64,000 bases of DNA, from assembly GCA_034670305.1 (NCBI GenBank), contig JAXMNT010000015.1:32001-96000 (forward strand), read 5' to 3'. How positions within the stretch are numbered: position 1 is the stretch's first letter; the number at the start of each line of letters is the position of its first letter. Shown piece after piece: positions 19,357 to 32,104 of the stretch. Made by a program: the position numbers and the translations under genes. Below the pieces are notes generated by a model that saw nothing but the letters and a program-made list of their open reading frames with translations, ran no database searches and was not told where the DNA came from. The DNA comes from Deltaproteobacteria bacterium. GTDB taxonomy: Bacteria > Myxococcota_A > Polyangia > Polyangiales > Houyiibacteriaceae.

Positions 19357-19420
19357 ACTCCTCACATTCAGCCGCGCGCGTTCCCGAAAAAACGGGAACG
19401 CACACGATCGGTTCAGGAGT
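19357..19420 (-). promoter_or_regulatory. Candidate structured RNA leader upstream of the Arg-rich gene
   Basis: 14-bp stem (19373-19386 with 19393-19406) whose two mismatches are G.U on the minus strand; U6 loop; outer ACUCCU/AGGAGU helix. Confidence 0.5.
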
Positions 19421-19481
19421 GGTGCGTCTCTTCGAGCATCAGGCAGCGGAACCTAAACACGCGAACGAACGCGTCAACCCT

Positions 19482-19742
<261 letters not shown>

Positions 19743-19756
19743 TCCGCGCACCACGG

Positions 19757-21043
19757 CTACTCTTCTTCGGTCTCGCCCCTCAGCTTCGCCAGCCGCGTCC
19801 GGATGTGCGCCTCGAGCCCGCTCTGCGCCGGCTCGTAGTACCGGCGCCCGACCAGCTTTTCCGGCAAGTAGGTCGCGCCCTCGGCGTACCCGCCCTCGTC
19901 GTGCGGGTAGCGGTAGCCCTCGTGGTAGCCCCACTCCTTCATCGCTTCGGTCGGCGCGTTGCGGAGCGACATGGGCACGGGCAGCGCGCCGAACTGCTGG
20001 ATGTCCGCGCGGGCGGCCTTGAACGCCGCGTAGCTCGCGTTGGATTTGGCCGCGATGGACAAGTAGGTGCAGCACTGGGCCATGGCATGCATGGCTTCGG
20101 GCAAGCCGAGCCGGGCCAGCGCCTGGTCGGCCGCGATCGCGAGCTGCAGCGCGCGTGGGTCCGCGTTGCCAACGTCTTCGCTCGCAAAGATGATGAGCCG
20201 CCGCATGACGAACCGCGGATCTTCACCGGCGTCGAGCATGCGCATCATCCAGTAGAGCGCGGCGTCGGGGTCGGAGCCGCGCATCGATTTGATGAACGCG
20301 CTGACGACGTTGTAGTGCTCCTCGCCCGCCTTGTCGTAGAGCAGCGGCTGGGTGTCGAGCGCCGCTTGGACCGCTTCCGCATCGACCACGCGACCGTCGG
20401 CCGCCAGGGCTTCGAGCATCGTGAGTGCGCGTCGCACATCGCCGCGGCTGGCGAACGCGATCGCGGTGAGCCCTTCGTCTTCGACCTTCGCGTCCGGCAC
20501 GCCGTTCGGATCGGTGAGCGCACGGCGGAGCAGTTGCACGACGAGGTCCGGTGCCAGGGGTTCGAGACGGATGACGCGCGTTCGACTGAGAAGCGCGGCG
20601 TTCACGGCGAACGACGGGTTCTCGGTGGTCGCGCCGATCAACGTGACCGTGCCGTTCTCCACATGCGGCAGCAGCGCATCTTGCTGCGCTTTGTTGAAGC
20701 GGTGGATCTCGTCGACGAAGAGGAGCGTCTTGCGGCCGAGGCGCCGGCGCTCTTTGGCCGCGTCGAGCACTTTGCGAAGCTGCGGTACGCCGCCGAGCAC
20801 CGCGCTGAACGGTTCGAACGTGGAGGAGGTCTCGTGCGCGATGACGCGCGCAAGCGTCGTCTTGCCGGTGCCTGGTGGGCCCCACAGCAGGAGCGACGGC
20901 ACCTTGTCGGCGCGAATGAGCCGACCGAGCAACGCGCTGCTTCCGATGGCTGCGTCTTGTCCCACGACCTCCGAGAGGCGTTTCGGGCGCATGCGCTCTG
21001 CCAAAGGCGCGTCTGTTTCCGCCTGACGATCGAAGAGATCCAC
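19757..21043 (-). CDS. rarA: Replication-associated recombination protein A (RarA/MgsA AAA+ ATPase)
   Basis: PLAERMRP, WGPPGTGKTT, FVDEIHRFNKAQQD, GATTENP, SAFIKSMRGSDPDAA, ASEDVGNADP. Start at GTG 21043 (ATG 21085 is an alternative). Confidence 0.96.
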   Translation of the reverse strand: MDLFDRQAETDAPLAERMRPKRLSEVVGQDAAIGSSALLGRLIRADKVPSLLLWGPPGTGKTTLARVIAHETSSTFEPFSAVLGGVPQLRKVLDAAKERRRLGRKTLLFVDEIHRFNKAQQDALLPHVENGTVTLIGATTENPSFAVNAALLSRTRVIRLEPLAPDLVVQLLRRALTDPNGVPDAKVEDEGLTAIAFASRGDVRRALTMLEALAADGRVVDAEAVQAALDTQPLLYDKAGEEHYNVVSAFIKSMRGSDPDAALYWMMRMLDAGEDPRFVMRRLIIFASEDVGNADPRALQLAIAADQALARLGLPEAMHAMAQCCTYLSIAAKSNASYAAFKAARADIQQFGALPVPMSLRNAPTEAMKEWGYHEGYRYPHDEGGYAEGATYLPEKLVGRRYYEPAQSGLEAHIRTRLAKLRGETEEE

Positions 21044-21423
21044 CGCGGGAGCCTTCGGCTTGGTCGAGAGCGCTGTCAAGCGCATCGACGCGCCGAAACG
21101 GAGCACGGCGAAGCACGGACGTCAGCAGGACGAGGTTCTGGGGGTGACCGCCGGGTCCCATCGAGCGCAGCACGGACCAGATCGCATCGGGTGTGGCCAA
21201 TCGACCCGCCAGCGCGACATCCATGTCCGGGCGCTGTGGTCAAAACTACGCAGCATCGGCGTGCTGCATGCTGAACATGCGACTGCGTGGGTGTGCGATC
21301 TGCGGGGATCGTGGCCCTGCATGGACCTCACTCTCCATGGCATGCGGGTTGCAGTTCCCCAAACATCCACACCCGCGACACCCAACGTCGCGGCGACCTT
21401 CGTGGTCTCACCCGTACCGACCC

Positions 21424-21825
21424 ATGCATCTGCTTCACCTCGTTCACGATCACCAGCGACTTCTCGTGAAGTCGGACATGGTCCCGTTGAGCGCGACCGA
21501 GCGGACGTGCTTGAACGCGCTGGCCCAGGCATTGGGGTCTTCGGAAGACGTGCGACGGGACGCGCCCCGGGTGGACACCCGGCTCGAAGTGCAACTCGCG
21601 AACTGCTGCGCATTCGAAGCCGCGCTCGTGCGCGACATCTCTCGAGGCGGCTTCCGCGTGTCGACGACCCTGCGCGCACGCGTCGGAGAGCGTCTGACGC
21701 TTCACGCGCGGAGCGAAGCACAAGAAGAGTTCCTGTTCCCGGTCCGAGTGGTCTGGCACGACGGCGACGCACTGGGCCTCGAGCTCATCGGCATGCCGAC
21801 CTGCACCCTGCGCCGCGCCGCCTAG
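21424..21825 (+). CDS. PilZ domain protein
   Basis: RRDAPR (RxxxR) and DISRGG (DxSxxG), then VRVVW...LGLEL. Confidence 0.85.
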   Translation: MHLLHLVHDHQRLLVKSDMVPLSATERTCLNALAQALGSSEDVRRDAPRVDTRLEVQLANCCAFEAALVRDISRGGFRVSTTLRARVGERLTLHARSEAQEEFLFPVRVVWHDGDALGLELIGMPTCTLRRAA

Positions 21826-21945
21826 AGCCCGCCCACGCCGCTGACCAAGCTTCAAGGGCAGCCACTTCGCAAACCAGGCGCTCGGCTTCAGCACTCTGGC
21901 TTGTGGGCCTCGAGCCGCCAAGCGAAGCCAGCCGCGCCGCCTGAC

Positions 21946-22530
21946 TCACCGCCACGCGAAAAGCGCGTCGACGCTGGTGGGGTCGAGGAGCGCGGGGGCG
22001 AGTTTGACCTGCGCGCTCACACCGGCGTGGGCGAAGAGCCCCACACCGCCACCCTCGAGCAGCGCTTGCCACCCGGGCGAACCGACCACGAAGGGCGCCC
22101 CTTCGAGCCGCAGCCGGACGAATCCGTCGGTGCGGTCCATCACCCGGATCCGTCCGTTCGCACGCATCGACGCGCGCCACAGATGCGGCACCAGCCGCGC
22201 CAGGTGCGAGAGGCTCTTGCCGAACGCGCGCTGCCAACTCCGCTGCAGATGCGCGAGGCGCCCCGTCGTGAGCTGATCGATGATGACGTCGCGCCCAGTC
22301 GCGACCACACGTTCCCGACCGACCTCCCTCATCCAGAGATCGATGAGCGCGGACCACGCGCTGGCCGGCACCCATTTTGGCAGCGGGTCGAGTGACTGCG
22401 CGAGCGCAGGCCGGTCCTCGGCAAGCGTACGAATGAGCGCATCCCAGCGTCCTTCTTCGAGCAAGTGCTTGCGCACCGGGTACGCGATGATCCCGAGAAT
22501 CGCCGGCTCCAGATCGGGGCGCCCGTTCAT
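21946..22530 (-). CDS. Hypothetical protein, myxobacterial DUF2378/V4R-like
   Basis: 194 aa; WVPASAW...RLVPHLWR...GRIRV pattern resembles this family. Confidence 0.55.
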   Translation of the reverse strand: MNGRPDLEPAILGIIAYPVRKHLLEEGRWDALIRTLAEDRPALAQSLDPLPKWVPASAWSALIDLWMREVGRERVVATGRDVIIDQLTTGRLAHLQRSWQRAFGKSLSHLARLVPHLWRASMRANGRIRVMDRTDGFVRLRLEGAPFVVGSPGWQALLEGGGVGLFAHAGVSAQVKLAPALLDPTSVDALFAWR

Positions 22531-22570
22531 GCGCGACTCAGGGTGTGGGCGGATTGCCGCACGGGCCGCG

Positions 22571-23107
22571 TCAGCCCTCGGGGTGGGCGGTCAGAGACGA
22601 GAGGTACTCGCCGAGTGCGTCGCTGACCGTCAGGAGGTTCGGCGTGATCTGGCGGACGAAGAAGCGCTCCACCGTGTTGGAGACCGGCGTGGCGATGAGC
22701 TCTGGCACCATCGGTACCCGGCTGAGGTCGATCTTGATCTCGCCCTGGATCTCCACCCGCGTGCGACCGCCTTCGTCGAAGAAGCGGTTGGTCCCTTCGC
22801 ACCGGACGGCCTCTGGGAACGCGTGGCTGCGCAGTTTCCAATGGCAGATCCACTCGGTGTCGTCCCAGCGCGCGAAGTCGTGCCACGAGAGCACCGGCGG
22901 GAGAATCTTGGCCGCGACCGCCGGGATCTTGGCGGCGCCATACCAGACGTTCACGAGCTCCACGATCGGCGGCGCGTCCGTGCGGGACTCCACTTCGATC
23001 TTCCGGATCCGAGGCAACGCGCCCACCAGTCGAGGCATTTCGTCGCGGTACGCGCGGTAGACCCGGCTGCGGGGATGCTCGATGAGAGCGTCGGCCTCGA
23101 TGCGCAT
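22571..23107 (-). CDS. START/SRPBCC-superfamily (DUF2505-like) protein
   Basis: IEHPRSRVYRAYRD...WHDFARWD...CEGTNRF...TRVEIQGEI. Confidence 0.65.
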   Translation of the reverse strand: MRIEADALIEHPRSRVYRAYRDEMPRLVGALPRIRKIEVESRTDAPPIVELVNVWYGAAKIPAVAAKILPPVLSWHDFARWDDTEWICHWKLRSHAFPEAVRCEGTNRFFDEGGRTRVEIQGEIKIDLSRVPMVPELIATPVSNTVERFFVRQITPNLLTVSDALGEYLSSLTAHPEG

Positions 23108-23209
23108 GCGGCGCACATAGCAGGCACCGCAGGGGTCGGCACGCCGAGGCCATTAAACGAAACGAGCCCGCCCGACACATGGTCGGACGGGCTCCAGAAT
23201 CGCGATCTA

Positions 23210-26146
<2,937 letters not shown>

Positions 26147-26476
26147 CACGTCAGACTCCTCCGTCGGCTGGTACGCATGCGGGCACGCAGACCTCCCCTG
26201 ACGGTCGATCGAAGCCCCCGGTCCATGCATAGCCGACGTGGGCGCTTGGAGTCAGCCCTGTGTGGTTTGATTCAATGCGAACGTGTGAAGCATCACCGCG
26301 CGAATCCTGCACACCCCGCGCTTCAACGCCTGCCGTTGGCGAGGGACGTTTGTCGTCTGAGGGACCTCCGGCCTGCCCTCCTGGCGTCCTCCCCGACTTC
26401 GCTTCGCGCGAAGAGCTGTGCACTTAGACGGTCTTCAACGCTTGAACAGCGCTCTCGACTGCGGGACGCTGGGTGC

Positions 26477-26869
26477 ATGGTCGATGAAGTCTTGGTGGAA
26501 CAGGCGCTGACCGCGCTGGGGTGGGAGACCACGCCGCACGGCAAACGCACGCTGCGATCCGTCCACGGGACCGGAGACGACGAAGTCGTCATCTACATCC
26601 GCCGCGACGACAACTGGCTCATCGGATCGGTGGTCCCGTTCCTGAGCACGCGCGGAGACAACTCCTTCGAGCTCGGCCGCTGGTTGCTTCGAATGAACCG
26701 CGACATGCACCAGTGCAAGTTCGCCTACGACGAAGACGGCGACGTCGTGCTCACGGTCGAACTCCCCACCGAGTCCCTGGACGTCGCCGAGATCGAAGCG
26801 GCCTTCGCCGCGCTGCTCGAACACGCCCAAGCCCACCGCGCCACCCTCCGCGCCGCCGCCGGCGCGTAG
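26477..26869 (+). CDS. YbjN/type III chaperone-like domain protein
   Basis: WLLRMNRDMHQCKFAYDEDGDVVLTVELP pattern; 130 aa. Confidence 0.75.
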   Translation: MVDEVLVEQALTALGWETTPHGKRTLRSVHGTGDDEVVIYIRRDDNWLIGSVVPFLSTRGDNSFELGRWLLRMNRDMHQCKFAYDEDGDVVLTVELPTESLDVAEIEAAFAALLEHAQAHRATLRAAAGA

Positions 26870-26877
26870 GCCAAACG

Positions 26878-26936
26878 CGGCTTCGGCTTCGGCGTCGGCT
26901 TCGGCTTCGGCACCGGCTTCGGCTTCGGCCTCGGCT
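26878..26936 (+). repeat. Hexamer tract T6, (TCGGCT)n
   Basis: Short tract filling the gap between convergent stop codons. Confidence 0.9.
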
Positions 26937-28093
26937 CAGACCGTGTACGTCCCCTTCGGCGCAGGCAGCCTCCCCGACCCACCCTCGTTCACGGGCCCCT
27001 CGTACCAGGGCTTCTTCCGATGCGCCGCGCGGACCACGAACACCGCGACGAGGAAGCACACGAACTCGAAGAGCCAGCCCCAAAACGCCACCGACGAGTT
27101 CTTGCCGAACGAGCTGAAGCGCGGCTCGGGCGGGACCAGTCGGATCATCACGGTGTCGCCGACGTCGATCGTCTGGAAAGCGTTCCGATTGATCTCGTCT
27201 TCGAACGTGCGGTCCTCTCCGTCGGACCCGTTCGCGTACGCATACTCGCGGTACTGCACCGTCGCGTTGTAGTGGTGGTGGATCGAGCCCTTGCTGCCGC
27301 GCGTCGTCCAGTGATCCGTGTCGAGCACCGTCCCGACGCGGCTCGCCCCCTGCAGAACCCGCATCGCGTAGCCGTACACGCCGATCTGCGCCACGGCCAA
27401 GAGCAGGAACGCCCACGCTGCGGCGCCGAACATTCGGTTGCCCCGCTGGCGGTGTCGATCGGAGAGCGGTTCGGCCGACACGTGGATCGGATCGCCGGCC
27501 TCTCCCCGCATCACCCAACCGCGTTTCGCATCGCGGTACCCCCCGCCCGCCTGTTTGAGCTCCGGGTCGTAGCCGTGATCGAGGTGGCCTTCGACGATCA
27601 CCTGCTCGCCCGCGGAGAGTTCCGCGGTCCGAACCCGGTTGTGCCGGGTCGGCCAGTGCATCTTGTCGAGTTGGTCCACGAGCAGCACGTCGTCGTCCGG
27701 TTCGACCCGCACGCGTTCGCCGCTCTGGAGCTTCACATAGAACGGACGGGCCACCACCGAACGGCCCGCCTCCTTCCACTTGTGGGACCAGCTGTTCTTG
27801 TACTTGTGCTCCGTGCCGACCTGCTGGATCTCAACCCTGATCGCTTCCGTTTGGTCGAACGCCAACTCCACCACACCCGCGATGTACGCGTGGCCGGGCG
27901 CGAGGATGGCGTCGGGGTCGAACAGGGTGGCGGCGCGGCGGCCATGCATCCGGGCTTGAATCCCGCGCTTGATCGCGAAGCCGATGACGTACACGGCGCC
28001 GAGCATCGTCAGCCACACCAGCAGGTGCGCGGCCGGGGGGTCGATGTGACCGGCGCTGTAGAAATTGAAGTCGGCTCCGGAGAAATGAGACAT
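26936..28093 (-). CDS. Hypothetical membrane protein
   Basis: Three TM segments; GGGYRD motif; start at MSHFSG inferred. Confidence 0.7.
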   Translation of the reverse strand: MSHFSGADFNFYSAGHIDPPAAHLLVWLTMLGAVYVIGFAIKRGIQARMHGRRAATLFDPDAILAPGHAYIAGVVELAFDQTEAIRVEIQQVGTEHKYKNSWSHKWKEAGRSVVARPFYVKLQSGERVRVEPDDDVLLVDQLDKMHWPTRHNRVRTAELSAGEQVIVEGHLDHGYDPELKQAGGGYRDAKRGWVMRGEAGDPIHVSAEPLSDRHRQRGNRMFGAAAWAFLLLAVAQIGVYGYAMRVLQGASRVGTVLDTDHWTTRGSKGSIHHHYNATVQYREYAYANGSDGEDRTFEDEINRNAFQTIDVGDTVMIRLVPPEPRFSSFGKNSSVAFWGWLFEFVCFLVAVFVVRAAHRKKPWYEGPVNEGGSGRLPAPKGTYTV

Positions 28094-28266
28094 CCGCTGC
28101 GGCACGACGCGAAGGGTACCCCAGGTCCGCGTCCGCGAGCCCCGCCCGGAGAAGAGGCCGCGGGTTCCACACCCGGCCATTCGATGGTACCCCGCGGTCC
28201 AGGCTGCGAAGTCGCAGCCCCAGCCTTTTCGGGCCCAGCCCTCGCTCGGGGGACCAAGGAGATCTC

Positions 28267-29478
28267 ATGCGCAGCGCCGTTCTATTCATCGTGTTGGCCA
28301 CGCTCATCGGCTGCCCCCCGCCCGGAGGCGGCGGCTCCCGAAACAGTGGCGGTGGTGGCGGTGGTGGCGGCACGAGCGGCGGCGACTCCGGCCAGCTGAG
28401 CAACCGGTGCGCGACCGCTCGGTTCGGTGCATCGAGCGCGGCGCTCCGGGTCCAGACGTTCTTGGGCGCCACCGCCCGCTTCACCAGTGCCACCTCCGAG
28501 CTGCAGGCGTCGCTGTTCAACCTGTGCCGCGGCGTCGGTGGATCGCTGGGCATGAGCGAGGCCGAACTCGCCGGGGACATGCGCGCCACATGCGACGCGG
28601 TGGCCGCAAAAGTACGCGAGGAGATTCGCCTCTACAAAGAGGAGTCGAACACCGAGATCCGCATCGTGACCACGCCGCCGCGCTGCGAGGTGAGCGTGGA
28701 CGCCTACGCCGGATGCGTCGCCGAGTGCGACGTCAACGTCCAGCCGGGCGAACTCGAGGTCCAGTGCGAAGGCGGAGAGATCTACGGCCAGTGCAGCGCC
28801 GAGTGTCAGGGCTCCTGCGAGGTCGAAGTCCAAGGCGCATGCACCGGCATGTGCGAAGGCAGCTGCCAGGGCGGCTGCACCGGCACCTGTCAGGGAACCT
28901 GCGAAGGGGCGTGCTCCTCGCGCGGTTCCGACGGTCAGTGCAACGGCACCTGCGACGGCACCTGCCACGGCACCTGCTCGGCCGGCTGTCAGGGCAGCTG
29001 CGAAGGTTCGTGCTGGGTCGAAGGCCAGGCCAGCTGCGAGGGCAGCTGTCGCGGAGGATGTTCGGTCGAGTACGAACGCCCGCAGTGCACCACCGACTAC
29101 ACGCCGCCGCAGGTCGACGCGGACTGCCACGCGTCATGCGACGCCCGCTTTCAGGCCGAAGCGCGGTGCACCCCCGGTCGGGTCGACGTGAACGTGAGTG
29201 GTGACGCCGCTGCCGGCGCGGAACGGCTCGCGCGGCTGCGCGCGGCGTTCACCCAGTTCGCCGAACTCGGGGTGCTCAAAGAACGCGCGCGTCGGGTGAA
29301 ACACGCGGGTGAAGAACTGGTCGCGAGCGCGCGTCGCCTCCGTGGTGTCGCCGAAGCCGGGGCCGGCGCCATCGCGTGCATCGCGGAATCCGCCCTCGTA
29401 CTGCCGAACGCACTCGCGTCGGTGAGCGTCAGCGTCGAAGTCAGCGTCAGCGTCAGCGCGTCTGCGACGGTGGAGTAA
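28267..29478 (+). CDS. Cys-rich myxobacterial lipoprotein with CxGxC repeats
   Basis: Lipobox LIGC; many CxGxC repeats; C-terminal SVSVSVEVSVSVSAS. Confidence 0.85.
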   Translation: MRSAVLFIVLATLIGCPPPGGGGSRNSGGGGGGGGTSGGDSGQLSNRCATARFGASSAALRVQTFLGATARFTSATSELQASLFNLCRGVGGSLGMSEAELAGDMRATCDAVAAKVREEIRLYKEESNTEIRIVTTPPRCEVSVDAYAGCVAECDVNVQPGELEVQCEGGEIYGQCSAECQGSCEVEVQGACTGMCEGSCQGGCTGTCQGTCEGACSSRGSDGQCNGTCDGTCHGTCSAGCQGSCEGSCWVEGQASCEGSCRGGCSVEYERPQCTTDYTPPQVDADCHASCDARFQAEARCTPGRVDVNVSGDAAAGAERLARLRAAFTQFAELGVLKERARRVKHAGEELVASARRLRGVAEAGAGAIACIAESALVLPNALASVSVSVEVSVSVSASATVE

Positions 29479-29480
29479 CC

Positions 29481-30167
29481 ATGCCGACCACCATGATCGT
29501 AGGCGGCAACCGCGGCATCGGGTTCGAGCTGGTGCGTCAGCTCCATCTTCGCGACCACCGCGTCATCGCCACGTGCCGCAAGTCCAGCGCCGCGCTCGAT
29601 GCGCTCACGACCAGCACCGAGGGCAAACACCCGGTGCAGTTGGAGGCCGGGGTCGACGTCACGAAGGACGACTCGGTGGCGGCGCTGGCCGAGCGACTGA
29701 AGGACCGAAAGCTCAACGAGCTCATCGTGAGCGCAGGCGTGTTGCGGCAGGAGTCGCTCGACAACCTGGACTTCGACTCCATCCGGTTTCAGTTCGAAGT
29801 GAACACCCTCGGACCGCTGCGGGTGATCGCGGGCGTGCGGCACCTGATGCGCGACGGCGGCAAAATCGGGATCATGACCTCGCGCATGGGGTCGATCACC
29901 GACAACACCTCGGGTGGTTCCTACGGCTACCGGATCTCGAAGTGCGCGGTGAACATCGTGGGCGTCTCCCTCGCGCACGACCTTCGAGACCGCGAGATCT
30001 CCGTGGTCATGCTCCACCCAGGCTTCGTGAAAACCGAGATGACCGGGGGCCGTGGCCACCTGGAACCCGAGGAATCGGCTCGACTCCTGCTGGATCGGTT
30101 CGCGGACCTCGACCTCGATGCGAGCGGCAGCTTCTGGCACGCGGACGGCGAAGAGCTCCCCTGGTGA
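29481..30167 (+). CDS. SDR oxidoreductase, CsgA (C-factor)-like subfamily
   Basis: GGNRGIG, NTLGPL, SRMGSITDNTSGGSYGYRISK (YxxxK), LHPGFVKTEM, GEELPW. Confidence 0.9.
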   Translation: MPTTMIVGGNRGIGFELVRQLHLRDHRVIATCRKSSAALDALTTSTEGKHPVQLEAGVDVTKDDSVAALAERLKDRKLNELIVSAGVLRQESLDNLDFDSIRFQFEVNTLGPLRVIAGVRHLMRDGGKIGIMTSRMGSITDNTSGGSYGYRISKCAVNIVGVSLAHDLRDREISVVMLHPGFVKTEMTGGRGHLEPEESARLLLDRFADLDLDASGSFWHADGEELPW

Positions 30168-30239
30168 CCCCTGGGACTGCGCCGCCCAAGGGCTGGCGCA
30201 ATTGACCCGAACTCGGAAAGTGGCCAGGATGAAGGGACG

Positions 30240-30977
30240 ATGAACACCCGCTGGCTCCTCCTGGCCCCCATCGTGGCGGCCCTCGCATTCGCGAGCGAAC
30301 GAGGCCGAGCGGACGAGCCCGTGGTGGTGGTCATCGAGTCCAACTACGCGCAGCTCCAAGCCGGCACGATCCGCCGCCAGATCGAAGACGCTGGGCTGCC
30401 CGCACTCACCCTCGCGGAGGACGCCGCACGGGGCACCGACACGGTGACCATCGTCGTGGACGCGAGCGGCGACAGCGCGACGGTTCGACTGCGGGGCCAG
30501 ACCGCCATCGATGCCAGTTTCCGGCGCGGCAACCGCACCGCCGCCGCATGGCTCGCGGAGGACGTGGTCAACCTCGTCCGTCGCACCCGCCCCGCGGGCA
30601 CACACACCACGACACCCGTCGAGGTCGCGCGGGTTCCCGTCGGCGGCGAGGTCCTCGATCCCTGGTCCGATGGCCCCGCCCGTCCCCGGGCCGAGGCGCC
30701 GACGCCGCGCCACCGGAGCCGCACGGACACGGAGGTGCTCGATCCCTGGGGTCCCCGCAGAGCCGATGATCGGGCCCCACAGGCTGCGACGGCCGAGGTG
30801 CGCCGCGTGCCGCCGGTGGAGGTGCTCGATCCCTGGTCGGATGCGCCCTCTCGACCGACGCGCGTGCGTCCGGTTCGACGCGCGCCGGACCGCCCGCGTC
30901 CCGTCCAGAGCGAAGTGCTCGACCCGTGGCGCACCGAGCCCGCCGCTCGGTTGGCGCCGCCGCGACCGCACCGCTAG
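30240..30977 (+). CDS. Secreted hypothetical protein with four EVLDPW repeats
   Basis: Signal peptide; EVLDPW four times in a Pro/Arg-rich tail. Confidence 0.75.
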   Translation: MNTRWLLLAPIVAALAFASERGRADEPVVVVIESNYAQLQAGTIRRQIEDAGLPALTLAEDAARGTDTVTIVVDASGDSATVRLRGQTAIDASFRRGNRTAAAWLAEDVVNLVRRTRPAGTHTTTPVEVARVPVGGEVLDPWSDGPARPRAEAPTPRHRSRTDTEVLDPWGPRRADDRAPQAATAEVRRVPPVEVLDPWSDAPSRPTRVRPVRRAPDRPRPVQSEVLDPWRTEPAARLAPPRPHR

Positions 30978-30987
30978 GACGGGGTCG

Positions 30988-31230
30988 ATGCGACCTCCTG
31001 CCCAGGCACTGCTCGACGTGCCCGACGACGACCTCGAGACACTGCTGCGCGCGGTGCACCGCGGTCAGATCGAGTTTCCTCTGACCCGAGCCACGCTGCT
31101 CAACTGGGGCAAGCACCGCCTGGCCGAGGATGGCGACCTGTTGGTCGGGCTCGACGAAGCCGGCCTTCGTGCGGTGCTCGCGGCGGTCCTGGCGGAACGC
31201 CGCCGCGGCCGCCCGACCTCCGCCGAATAG
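30988..31230 (+). CDS. Small hypothetical protein
   Basis: 80 aa, LETLLRAVHRGQIEFPL...GLDEAGLRAVLAAVLAER. Confidence 0.7.
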   Translation: MRPPAQALLDVPDDDLETLLRAVHRGQIEFPLTRATLLNWGKHRLAEDGDLLVGLDEAGLRAVLAAVLAERRRGRPTSAE

Positions 31231-31346
31231 CCACCGTCCGCCGCCACCACCCAGGACGGGTGCCGAAGGGCCCTCTCGCGAAGCGCGCAGGGCCGTCGGG
31301 GGAGGGAACGCTTGGCGCGAACGCGCGGAGCCTCTACAACCCCCGC

Positions 31347-32102
31347 ATGGGAACGCGACCTGGGCAGCCTGAACTTCCGACCATCGACGTGCGCGAGCAT
31401 GGCGCCAGCCGTGGCGAGCGCGAGCAGACGATGGATCGTCGCTTGTTCATGCAGTTGCTCGTCGGACGCGCACCGGCGGGGGTGGACCCCCAGCGGTTTC
31501 ACGATGCGTTCGAGAGTGCGCTCGAAGACGAAAAGCGGCTGAGCGCGGTTGTCTACGCAGACGTCAGCGACCCGCGCGGCTTTGGCCTTCTGACCTGGAG
31601 CGAAGACCCGACGTACTTCGTGGAACACGTCCGGCCCATCTTCCGGCGGCAACACCTGCAGGAGCTCGAGATGCGTCCGGACATGACGATGTTCGGACGG
31701 ACCTACTCGGTCGGCTACGAGCAGAACCTGCCCTTCTGGCTGCTCCAGAAGCCCGTCGACACCGTCACCAACGCGGAGTGGCCCTGGGCGGTCTGGTACC
31801 CACTGCGCCGCCTCGGCGCGTTCAACCAGCTCGACGCCAAAGAGACCCGCGGCATCATGGGAGAACACGCGACCATCGGGCGGGCGTACGGCGCGCAGGA
31901 TTTGGCCCACGATGTTCGGCTCGCGTGCCACGGCATCGACCAGAACGACAACGAGTTCGTCATCGGGCTCGTCGGCAAGGAACTGCACCCGCTCAGCCAT
32001 CTGGTGCAAGCGATGCGCAAGACGGTCCAGACCTCGACCTACATGGAGAAGATGGGACCGTTCTTCGTGGGGCGTGTGCTGATGAGCCGCGTCGGAGAAT
32101 AA
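31347..32102 (+). CDS. Chlorite dismutase/coproheme decarboxylase (HemQ/ChdC) family heme protein
   Basis: WYPLRR...IMGEHATIGRAY...HGIDQNDNEFVIGL...LVQAMR...GPFFVG. Confidence 0.85.
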   Translation: MGTRPGQPELPTIDVREHGASRGEREQTMDRRLFMQLLVGRAPAGVDPQRFHDAFESALEDEKRLSAVVYADVSDPRGFGLLTWSEDPTYFVEHVRPIFRRQHLQELEMRPDMTMFGRTYSVGYEQNLPFWLLQKPVDTVTNAEWPWAVWYPLRRLGAFNQLDAKETRGIMGEHATIGRAYGAQDLAHDVRLACHGIDQNDNEFVIGLVGKELHPLSHLVQAMRKTVQTSTYMEKMGPFFVGRVLMSRVGE

Positions 32103-32104
32103 CG

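Noticed and set aside
26230-26470. Lower-GC intergenic stretch with a hint of 21-nt periodicity (similar at 21830-21940)
   Set aside because: I could not align convincing repeat units or a stable structure by eye. An autocorrelation test would be needed.
29420-29462. (GTCAGC)n run as another hexamer tract
   Set aside because: It lacks the TCGG core and encodes the SVSVSV C-terminus of the lipoprotein, so it is better explained at protein level.
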